From Octopus vulgaris (taxonomy: Eukaryota), in the NCBI GenBank assembly GCA_951406725.2, contig OX597822.1:70556001-70620000 (forward strand): 64,000 nucleotides of DNA, in the 5' to 3' direction. Below the pieces are notes generated by a model. That model made no database searches, was not told the origin of the DNA, and saw only the letters and a list, made by a program, of their open reading frames with translations. Shown here one piece after another: positions 1 through 9,513 of this stretch (positions are counted from its first letter, which is position 1; each line of letters opens with the position of its first letter). The translations under genes were made by a program, and so were the position numbers.

Positions 1-1295
1 CATAAAACTTTGTGTAAAAAGAATTTATTCATCTAAGATATAACTTCAAACTTGCCGATGAAGTTACTCCTCTCAATATTAAATTTATGCACTTTAGAAA
101 AGCTTATTTTTTTCCCTACCTCTTTCGGAAAACAATATCATAATGGTGTGAATATTTAATAACAGTGAACAGTATTTACTTTTAAAGTATCTCTGAAATT
201 TAAAAAAAAAAGATAATCTAGAAAAGTTTCCTGTAACTGTACTCATTGACAGACTGGGTTGTTTTACTTAGTATTTTTTTCTTTTTTTTGGTCTTTGGTT
301 ACTTGGCTTTTAAATGTACATTTATTATTTTGATTGTCTCGGAAAGAGCAACACAATAATACTGATCAGGATATAATTAACAAGTGTTAGTGATATGCCT
401 ATGTTACTAAAAAGCAGTATGAGTCAACAGCAACAAATGTCCAATATCCTGTACATACAAAATAATAAAATATTTTTGAGAAATGAGTAGAAAATGATTA
501 ATAGAGAAATCTAGTCATGTTTTCAATAATAGTAAAGTGCACATTTATAACAGATATGTTTTGAAAACTTTGCCAGATTAGATGTGTACATGATGTGAAA
601 AATGTTAAGATTGATTCCACGCAGAAGTGTGAAAATAAAACAATGGCACATTTTCAGTTCAACTTTCATTCGTTCATTTATTTTATTTATTTTTCAGTAT
701 CTAGTTTTTAGCAAAAGTTTTCATTGTGTTATTTAAACTTATGTTTGGTTTTCTCTGTAAAAATAGATTGGAAAAAGATAATAAAAGAAAAAAAAAAATG
801 TCTTGATTAATAATATGGACCAAATATATATTAGTGCTGTTGTATGTAGCATGAATTATAACCACAAAACACACACACACATGTATTCCAGAGGGTGAGA
901 AGTTCAAAAGAAACTATGTCCACCCCTTAGAATAAAGAACTCAAAGATAAGCCTGCGAGTGAATAAACATTTCATTCATAATTGTTAGTCCAAAATATAT
1001 TTTGTCAGCCTAAAACTTTATGTATATATATCTATGTGTGTGTGTGTGTGTATCTGAGATGGAACGAATGTGCTTTAATCACAAATCACAACAATTGTTT
1101 CTCTACATTAGTAACAGCTGTTAGTTGCTGAGTTTTCTGTATTATATTATTATGTAAATATGATCCAGTATTAAGCTGGATCATGTCTAGTAGCCAATAA
1201 CTGTAGAGGAGCTTTGAAATACATTTTATAAGGTTATTATCTAGACTACTAAATAAATATGTATGTATATATATATATTTCACACACACACACAC

Positions 1296-1478
1296 ACAGA
1301 CAAAGGGATTAAGTCGACTACATCGACCCCAGTGCGTAACTGGTACTTAATTTATCGACCCCGAAAGGATGAAAGGCAAAGTCGACCTCGGCGGAATTTG
1401 AACTCGGAACGTAACGACAGACGAAATACGGCTACGAATCTCGCCTGGCGTGCTAACGTTTCTACCAGCTCGCCGCCT
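1296..1478 (-). mobile_element. tRNA-derived SINE, family B (3'-truncated)
   Basis: Reverse complement closely matches the copy at 29481-29713 (GGCGGCGAGCTGG...GAGTTCAAATTCCGCCGAGGTCGACTTTGCCTTTCATCCTTTCGGGGTCGATAAATTAAGTACCAG). Pol III A/B-box-like head; flanked by (CA)n/(TA)n. Confidence 0.9.
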
Positions 1479-1493
1479 TTATATATATGTATG

Positions 1494-1521
<28 letters not shown>

Positions 1522-1525
<4 letters not shown>

Positions 1526-1843
1526 TAAAATATTGTGTACATTAGAACACATTAAGAGACTTCCAAATAGGAAAGCCTTGTGCTAGAAAGAGCAGTAAAA
1601 AACTCAAACCACTAATTATGGATAAATTCTCGAAAGGATTGAAAATTAAAAACGTTTACCATCTAATTTAGTTCCTAGACCATGGTCTTGGAACTAAATT
1701 AGATGGTAAATGTTTTAATTTTCACTCCTTTCGAGAATTTATCCATAATTAGTGGCTTGAGTTTTCTACTGCTCTTTTTAGCACAAGGCTTTCCTATTTG
1801 GAAGCCTCTTAATGTGTTCTAATGTACACAATATTTTTATGTG
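1522..1843. repeat. Long spacer-less inverted repeat (palindrome), ~161-bp arms
   Basis: Centre CCATGG at 1680-1685; about 9 differences between arms by eye. The ORF track shows the same peptide (KILCTLEHIKRLPNRKALC) on both strands. Confidence 0.95.
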
Positions 1844-1944
1844 ATTAATATATAGTCTGTTGACTATTTTTTTTTGTGCTAGGCCACTGGTAATAATAAT
1901 TTCTATAACTCTTATTACCCTAATATTATTTATATATATATATA

Positions 1945-2250
1945 TCATCATCATCATCATCATTGTTTAATGTCCGCTTTCCATGCCAGCATGGGTTGGA
2001 CGATTTGACTGAGGGCTGGCGAACCAGATGGCTGCACCAGGCTTCAATATTGATCTGGCAGAGTTTCTACAGCTGGATGCCCTTCCTAACGCCAACCACT
2101 CAGAGAGTGTAGTGGGAGCTTTTACGTGCCAGTCAGGCGGCACTGGCAACGACTTCGCTTGAATCTTTTACACATGCCACCGGCGCGGGTGCCAGTAAGG
2201 CGATGCTGGTAACGATCACGCTCGAATGGTGTTTTTTACATACCACCGGC

Positions 2251-2251
<1 letters not shown>
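1945..2251 (-). mobile_element. SINE/retroposon family C with (GAT)n tail
   Basis: (CAT)n followed by GTTTAATGTCCGCTTTCCATGC...CTACAGCTGGATGCCCTTCCTAACGCCAACC; closely matches the copy at 48799-49177. Confidence 0.9.
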
Positions 2252-2283
<32 letters not shown>

Positions 2284-2286
2284 TAT

Positions 2287-2669
2287 TCTTTTATTTTTTT
2301 ACTTGTTTCAGTCATTTGACTGCAGCCATGCTGGAGCACAGGTTTTAGTCAAAGAAATTGACCTCAGGACTTATTTTTTGTAAACCTAGTGCTTATTCTA
2401 TCGGTCTTTTTTGCCCAGCTGCTAAGTTACAGGGATGTAAACACACCAACATCGCTTGTTAAGTGATGGTGGTGGTGGTGGGGGACAAACATACACACAC
2501 ACATATATATGTGCACAACAGGCTTCTTTCAGTTTCTGTCAACCAAATTCACTCACAAGGCTTTGGTCAACCTGAGGCTATAGTAGAAAACACTTGCCCA
2601 AGGTGTCACGCAGTGGGACTGAACCCGGAACCATGTGGTTGGAAAGCAGGCTTCTTACCACACAGCCAT
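2287..2669 (-). mobile_element. tRNA-derived SINE, family A (CORE-like), near full length
   Basis: Reverse complement matches the full-length + copy at 50634-51084, including the internal (CA/TA)n tract. Confidence 0.9.
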
Positions 2670-2712
2670 ATGTGTGTATATGTATATTTGTGTGTGTGTG
2701 TGTGCGTGCACA

Positions 2713-3096
2713 TGCAGAAGTGGCTGTGTGGTAAGAAGTATGCTTCTCAACCACATGATTCCAAGTTCAGTCCTGCCGTGTAGCACCTTGGGCAAGTGTC
2801 TTTTACTATAGCCTTGGTGCCTTGGGCTAGACAAAGCCTTGTGCGTGGATTTGGTAGATTGAAACTGTGTGTCTCTTTGTGTACGCGTTTGTCCTCCCAT
2901 CACCACTTGGCAACCGGTATTGGTGTGTTTATGCCCCTATAATTTAGCATTTTGGAAAAGAGGCCAACAGAATAAGTACTAGGTTTCAGAAATAAATCCT
3001 GGGGTCAAATTGTTTGACTGAATACCCTTCAGGGCAGTGCTCCAGCATGGTCACAGTCAAATGGCTTCAAGAATTGAAAAAATTGAAGAATAAAAG
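2713..3096 (+). mobile_element. tRNA-derived SINE, family A
   Basis: GTGGCTGTGTGGTAAG A-box-like and AGTTCAGTCC B-box-like motifs, then CACCTTGGGCAAGTGTCTT; 3' end GCTCCAGCATGGTCACAGTCAAATG. Confidence 0.9.
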
Positions 3097-3141
3097 TATG
3101 TGTGTGTGTGTGTGTGTGTGTGTATGTATGCATGTGTGCGT

Positions 3142-3268
3142 GGAAGGGCATCCAGCCGTAGAAACACTGCCAGATCTGACTAGGCCTGATGAAGCCTTCC
3201 GGCTTCACAGACCCCAGTTGAACCGTCCAACCCATGCTAGCATGGAAAACGATGATGATGATGATGAT
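3142..3268 (+). mobile_element. Family C retroposon, 3' part with (GAT)n tail
   Basis: GGAAGGGCATCCAGCCGTAGAAAC...CCAACCCATGCTAGCATGGAAAACGATGATGATG. Confidence 0.85.
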
Positions 3269-3282
3269 ATATATATATATAT

Positions 3283-3596
3283 ATCACTGTGATCACTGCG
3301 ACCCACCAGGCTATCAGATGTTGCTACACATCGCTGGTCACAATGTGCTTTGCATTGTTTTAGCCTTCAAATGATGCCACCCCGCTGGCTAAGTGAGCAG
3401 GCCAACAGAAGAAAGTGTGAGAGAAAGTTGTGGCAAAAGAGTACAGCAGGGACCGCCACCACCCCCTGCCGGAGTCTCATGGAGCTTTAGGTGTTTTCAC
3501 TCAATAAACACTCACAACGCCTTGTCTGGGAATCGAAACTGTGATCCTTACAACCGCGAGTCTGCTGCCCTAACCCCTGGGCCATTACGCCCCCAC
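3283..3596 (-). mobile_element. tRNA(Arg)-like SINE, family D (single copy here)
   Basis: Minus-strand head GTGGGGGCGTAATGGCCCAGGGGTTAGGGCAGCAGACTCGCGG...GTTTCGATTCCCAG has A and B boxes and a TCG anticodon-like loop, followed by ~240 bp of non-tRNA body. Consistent with the tRNA-Arg-derived octopus OR-type SINEs; family assignment is inferred. Confidence 0.75.
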
Positions 3597-4631
3597 GTAT
3601 ATATATGTGTGTGTGTGTGTCTGTGTGCAGTATTTCTATAACTTGACCAACTCTTGTATTCACCTTTAATAGAATATAAAGTCTAAGTTTCCCCCTGTTC
3701 TGACAACATTTACCTGGCATATTATTGACTTTTCAAAGACGTGATTTTGCTGTATGAAAATAACAGAAAGAGCAGCAACAAGTTGAGAACTTTCAAGTGA
3801 CTGGAGCGCGTGTGGTTAACTTTGTTTATTTGAATCTATTGTCACTTGTGGCAGCGCCATCCATTCATTCATTTCTCAGTTTACTCACTTGGAAGTAAAT
3901 CAAATTTTCAATTGAGTTTCCATTCGGTCTTAAATCCTAATGATATTCAAATGCTTGAAAGCTGCAGTTATTGTTTGGAAATCTTTTTGTTCGGGATAAA
4001 TATGCGGAACTAATTTCTGTTGAATTAGGGACATGCTTCGTCAGGTTTCAGAATAAGTAGGAAATACTTACAATTTTATCTACCTAATTCTTTTCTACAC
4101 TCTTGTATACAATTTCCTATAGGCTAACAGGCACCCATGATTTATCATTTGCAATTATTGAATGGTTATATTAGTTGTATCATTTTCAGTTGGGCCTGTG
4201 ATAATGGCTGGTTAAAGTATTGGTTTACTCTTGCTCTGTCATTTCTAGTTCATTCGATTTTCATTTTTATTTACTAAGTTCCTAAATACTAGATTATCAC
4301 TCTTCCAGGCAACAGAAATTATCAGAATTTAATTCCTAATTATGTTTGTAATAACTGTCGCAGGAATTAAGTCTAGCTGGCGTAGAGGGCATGAAATACA
4401 TTTGAAACCCACCCCCCACTACACCAGTTGATAATTGGATAAGTAACGAGAGAACTTGCTGAATGGGTTCTGTTTCAGGAAATATTTGGTCATAGACTCT
4501 TTTACCTTTGCTTTGTTCTTCCTCTCTTGTCTCTTCTTTCTGTTTCTTTCCCATTGTAATGAACTCTCTCCCATGTTTTCACTTCCAGCAGCTCTTGCTC
4601 TCTCTCTCTCTCTCTCTCCACACACACACAC

Positions 4632-4689
4632 ACTCAATCTCTTACATACACACACACACAGACATGTGTGTGTATGTAAGAGATTGAGT
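4632..4689. repeat. Perfect 25-bp inverted repeat with 8-nt loop
   Basis: ACTCAATCTCTTACATACACACACA (4632-4656) is the exact reverse complement of 4665-4689. Confidence 0.9.
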
Positions 4690-5791
4690 TTTCATGTATA
4701 TGTATGTGGCTGATAAGAATGCTGTTTTTCTCCTTCCCTAATATTCCTTGCTTAAGGCAGGTGAAAAATAATAAATAAATATTACTAAAAATTAACTTGG
4801 AGGTGGGAATTGTATATTTTTAATAATAATCAGTTTAGTTCTCTGTTGGCAATATATAATATTGTTGTTCATTGATTTCTTTCTTTCTTTCTTTCTTTCC
4901 TTCTTGCTTACATGCTTTATTCATTCTCTCTCTGCTCATATTCTTGTATGCATTACATCCTTGCCGTGAGATTGCACAGACTCCGCATATCATCTCACAT
5001 TCTAATTATTAGCGTTTGATTATTTGATTAATTTGTTCTTGTTGTAATTATATTAGCATCATTATCAGCATTATTATTACACCGAAATGATGATAATGAA
5101 AATTTGTAAGTTAATAGTTCTTGAGGGTGGGGAAAAAAAATCAAAAATCAAAAGTCAAAAACAAAAACAAAATTTTTATTTTTTCCACCATTGTCTGAAC
5201 TGGTTTCTCTCCTTGCTTTCCTGTAGCATAGCAGTAACTTTTCACCGTATATCTACACTTGCATCTCATTCTTCTCCAGTATCTATTAGCTTAGAGGAAT
5301 CTGACATTCCACTCTTATGAGTTGTATACATAAAAACCAAAATGTGGTTTTGCATGTTCTAATTACTTCCCATTATATTGATCTTAAAAACATGGCTTTT
5401 ATTTGAAAAATTTATACTCGTGTTTTTACCAACAGGTTTTCATTGCATTTAAGACAGTTGAAGCATATACCAGAATATATTTATGGTCAGTTTGTTGGAA
5501 CTTCTCCTAACTTAATGGGTTTTTTTCCCCAGTCATTATCTTGGCAAAGTTCTTCACTTGCCATCACCCCCTGGCCAGTCTCTCTCTCTCTCAACTGCAA
5601 TTTTCATATGCTTTTCCCATCCTTGCATTGCTGTTTTATATTGAGCTAATCTATCTTGTAGGTTCATGCCACTTTTGAAAGATTTAATGCTTTAACCAAA
5701 AATACATTCGCAAATGATTTCCACCCCACAACACATACCAATATTTTCTGAATGTCTGGTTACTAATGAAATCTAGTTCTTTCTGTACTGC

Positions 5792-6168
5792 TTCTTTTAC
5801 TTGTTTTAGTCATTGCACTGTGACCATATGAGGAACACTGCCTTAAATGGTTCAGTTAAACAAATCAGCTTATTGTTATATCTGATATTTATTCTATCGA
5901 TCTCTTTCGCTGAACTGCTAAGTTATCAGGATATAAACAAACCAACACCAGTTTATAAGAGGTGAGAGAGAAACACACACACACACACACACACATACAC
6001 ACAAGGCAGGCTTCAACACAGTTTCCATCTACCAGATTTAATCCCAAGGCATTGATTGGCTTGGAGCTATAGTAGAAGACAATTGCCCAAGGTGCCATAT
6101 ACTAGGACTGAACCCTGAACCACATGGTTGCAAACCAAACTTCTTAACCACATGGCCATTCCTGTGCC
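5792..6168 (-). mobile_element. SINE family A, diverged
   Basis: Collinear with the family A consensus (CTTTTACTTGTTTTAGTCATT...CCCAAGGTGCCA...GGACTGAACCC...AACCACATGGCCATTCCTGTGCC). Confidence 0.85.
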
Positions 6169-7199
6169 TTGATACTCTGTAATTTGTAGTTTATGTATAT
6201 TTTACCATACTTATTCTCACATAAACTGCTTCGTCTTCTCTGCCTCTCTCCCTCTCTTCCTTCCTTTCTCGTGATTTATTATATTGATTCTGATTAATTT
6301 TCTGTTAATTTATCTTCTGACTATATTCTGTGGTGAATTTTGTCTTCCTTCAAGCTGCTGGTCCATCTCAGAATAACTGGTAGAGCTTTGATTAGAATCT
6401 CATTATTATCAGTTGACTTCAATTATCAAGCAAACTTACTTGTAGTGTGTATTTACATTTAAACCAAGTTAAGATTCCAGTTTTTATTGAGTGGCCATCT
6501 TCGACTCCTTAGGTGATTATTGTGTATAACTAATGCAGTGCTATCGATACCATTCACTTTGCATCTTATATCTATGCGCGTTTGTGTTTGTGTGTCTGCG
6601 TGTGTGTATTTGAATGGTGATAGGTAAAACGATAATAGAAAAAAAATTACAATTTTATTCTAGACATGAGGCAATTTGTAAAGATTAAGTGCTAGATATT
6701 TTACCATGAAGTTAATTATGCTACTAACTTCAACCTGCCTAGCTGAAAAATAGATGCCAATACTTTTTTCTGGTTGAAGTGTTAGCAGTAGGATATTTAC
6801 TGCAGCAATTCATATGCAAATATCGTAATTTGTAAACACTGTCCCACTAGGGCTGCTTTTGGAAAAATGGATGTAGTACGTATATATATATATATATATA
6901 TATGAAAACGCAAGTGTGTTCAAGTTTAATCTATTTTATGAGTGTCTTTTTGTTTTTTTTGGGGGGGTTTTGTTTTGTTTTTCATATTTCACTATTAGTC
7001 CTTCATCTTCAGTCTGGCACCGTAGGGTGACTAAGTTCATTAATGTCTCTGGACAAATACGAAGAAATGAAAAAAAAAAAAAAATTGAAAATAAAAATAA
7101 ATATAATTTAAACACAAATGCTTTCTTCTTTTCAATATTACATCTTTGCTATGAATATATGTACTCACCCCCCCCCCACACACACACATGCATACATGC

Positions 7200-7452
7200 A
7201 CACTCACACATTTATGATATAAAGTCTGTGTGTATGTATATTTGTGTGTGCATGTATGTGCACTGATACATATGCATGTGTATGTGTGTATACATTCATG
7301 TTTGTATCTATATTTTATGCACACACATGTATATATGCATTATATATATATATATCATATTCTTTATGCGTGTGTGTATGTGTGTATATGTATGTATGCA
7401 TTATACACATGCCTATTATAGATATGTACTTAGGGAGTGTGTGTGTATGCAT

Positions 7453-7497
<45 letters not shown>
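7200..7497. repeat. Compound (TA/TG/CA)n microsatellite
   Basis: Alternating purine-pyrimidine tract ending in a long (TG)n. Confidence 0.9.
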
Positions 7498-7500
<3 letters not shown>

Positions 7501-8448
7501 CAATAAATGTTTCAGTGAAGTTAATAGTCTTTGTTTCTGAATGGCTTTAAGTTCAGCGAATCATCTCAAATCATAACACTTGCTATGTAAGTACATCTCC
7601 ATGAAATATTGCTTTTCTATTTCTAATTGCCAGAAAGTTCCAAAAGTGACTCAAGGGCCAGTGGTTTCATGTACAGCACCTATCAAACCAACTTGAAACC
7701 TGATGGCTTGTTCCTTATATTCAGACTGGATTATAATTCTTTCTGGAATGTTCTATTAAAAATTTATGTGGGAGGCTTACACGAGAATTGCAAATTTCCA
7801 AACAGTCAACCTGCTACACACACACACACACTTTTTTTAAAAATTGCTTTGTATCTTCTTTTCCATACGTCTTTGCTATGAATGTATACATGCACACTCA
7901 TACATTTATGATATAGAGTCTGTGTGTGTATATGCATATATATATATGTGTGTTTGTGTGTGTGCTATTCTCTATTTAATGGTCAGACTATTTAAAATTT
8001 GCAATTCTCACATGACCTTCTGATATTAATTGTTAATCGGACATCCCACAAGCAGTTCGATAAGTACTATGCACGAAACTGTAGCCCCTTGAATCAATTT
8101 TAGTAACTTTCTACTAGTTAAAAATCATATGCTCCAAGTTATATTTCTCCTGTTTGTTCTAGCAAACCTATATATATGTGTTTGCGTGTGTGTGTGTGTA
8201 TTTATATTTATCTTTATCCTACATTTTATCGGTAAAACTTGATGCAACTCCTAAAAACTGGTTCACCAGTCAGCATCATTAGATGGTGACCGGCATAATG
8301 GAATAGGAGCTTTATTTGCATATTCTAGACATTACGATAAACAAATTTAAAAGATATATATATATACACACACACACACATACATATACATATTTATTTA
8401 TGTGCCTAGAGTAGAAATGTGTATATATATATATATATAAATATACAC

Positions 8449-8661
8449 ATTTCTACTCTAGGCACAAGGCCCGAAATTTTTGGGGAGGGGGCCAGTCAAT
8501 TTGATTGATCCCAGTATGCAACTAACTGGCACTTAATTTATCGATCTTGAAAGGATGAAAGACAAAGTCGACCTCAGCAGAATTTGAACTCAGAATGTAA
8601 AGACAGTCAAAATACCACTAAGCATTTCGCCGGGCATGCTAACATTTCTGCCAGCTCACCT
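8449..8661 (-). mobile_element. SINE family B, full length
   Basis: TTTCTACTCTAGGCACAAGGCCCGAAATTT...GAAAGGATGAAAGACAAAGTCGACCTC...TTTGAACTCAG...CTGCCAGCTCACC. Confidence 0.9.
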
Positions 8662-8887
8662 TATAGTCTGCTTGGGAGGTTGTTGTACCCTATCATATGT
8701 GCTGCTTCTTTTAGTTTTCGTATTTTCCAGTGGTGTTCTCTGTCTGTTATTTTAACTTCATCCCACAGGGAGGAGGAGGTTGTCTCCATTTTCCCATAAT
8801 AATAATGATAATAATAATAATAATAATAATAACAACAACAATAAAAAATACCTTAGGAATGAGAACCCAGGTTTGAAATTTCCCCTA

Positions 8888-8933
8888 GACACCTGATGAA
8901 GGCTGAAGGGTATATCAGCTGAAACGTTGTGTT
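8888..8933 (+). ncRNA. Minimal type I hammerhead-ribozyme-like motif (Penelope-like element type)
   Basis: GACAC-CTGATGA-A-GGCTGA(8 nt)TCAGCT-GAAAC-GTT-GTGTT: both conserved core boxes, a 6-bp stem II, a 5-bp stem I and palindromic ACGT in place of stem III. Activity is not shown. Confidence 0.55.
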
Positions 8934-9145
8934 AACAACAAATAAGATGAGGACAAATATCTGTCAATTGTAAATAATGTGTACAAGTAATGTTGATTTG
9001 ATGGGGAGAGTGAACTAATGTTCAACACAAACATTTGATCACTATATGCAAATCCTCTGTGTCAGTAATTGCTGAATCCTTGTCTGTCCTCTATGACAAG
9101 AAATTCCACTATATAAATATATAGTATATATATATATTTACATAC

Positions 9146-9199
<54 letters not shown>

Positions 9200-9204
<5 letters not shown>

Positions 9205-9365
9205 GAGAAAAAAACCCACTATTATGCAATTCAAACAATGATAGACATAAACCAAATCATAAATCTAGTTATTTGCTTTATAAAAATATATTTTATTTTG
9301 TATTTATGATTTGGTTTATGTCTATCATTGTTTGAATTGCATAATAGTGGGTTTTTTCTCTAATT
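9200..9365. repeat. Inverted repeat, ~65-bp arms with ~37-bp AT-rich spacer
   Basis: AATTAGAGAAAAAAACCCACTATTATGCAATTCAAACAATGATAGACATAAACCAAATCATAAAT (9200-9264) is mirrored at 9302-9365, differing only in A-run length; it abuts (TA)n. Confidence 0.9.
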
Positions 9366-9474
9366 TATATTTTATATATTTATATTGTGAAATTTGATTT
9401 AATACTAAATTGAATTTTTCCCTGTAAGTTTGAAGTTATACTCCCTAATATTATTATTATCATCATCATCATCA

Positions 9475-9513
<39 letters not shown>

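Noticed and set aside
1263-1586. Recurrent peptide RNWYLIYRPRKDERQSRPRRNLN (also 29362-29628), and QIHSQGF...CPRCHAVGLNPEPCG (2463-2783, 14860-15072)
   Set aside because: Antisense translations of SINE families B and A, not a protein family.
3186-3210. CTGATGA followed by the hairpin AGCC-TTCC-GGCT
   Set aside because: No GAAA after the stem, and it is a point variant within a family C copy (others read CTGGTGCAGCC).
3520-3596. Possible tRNA-Arg gene (also the tRNA-like heads of families A and B)
   Set aside because: No intact acceptor stem or cloverleaf, and each continues into a SINE body.
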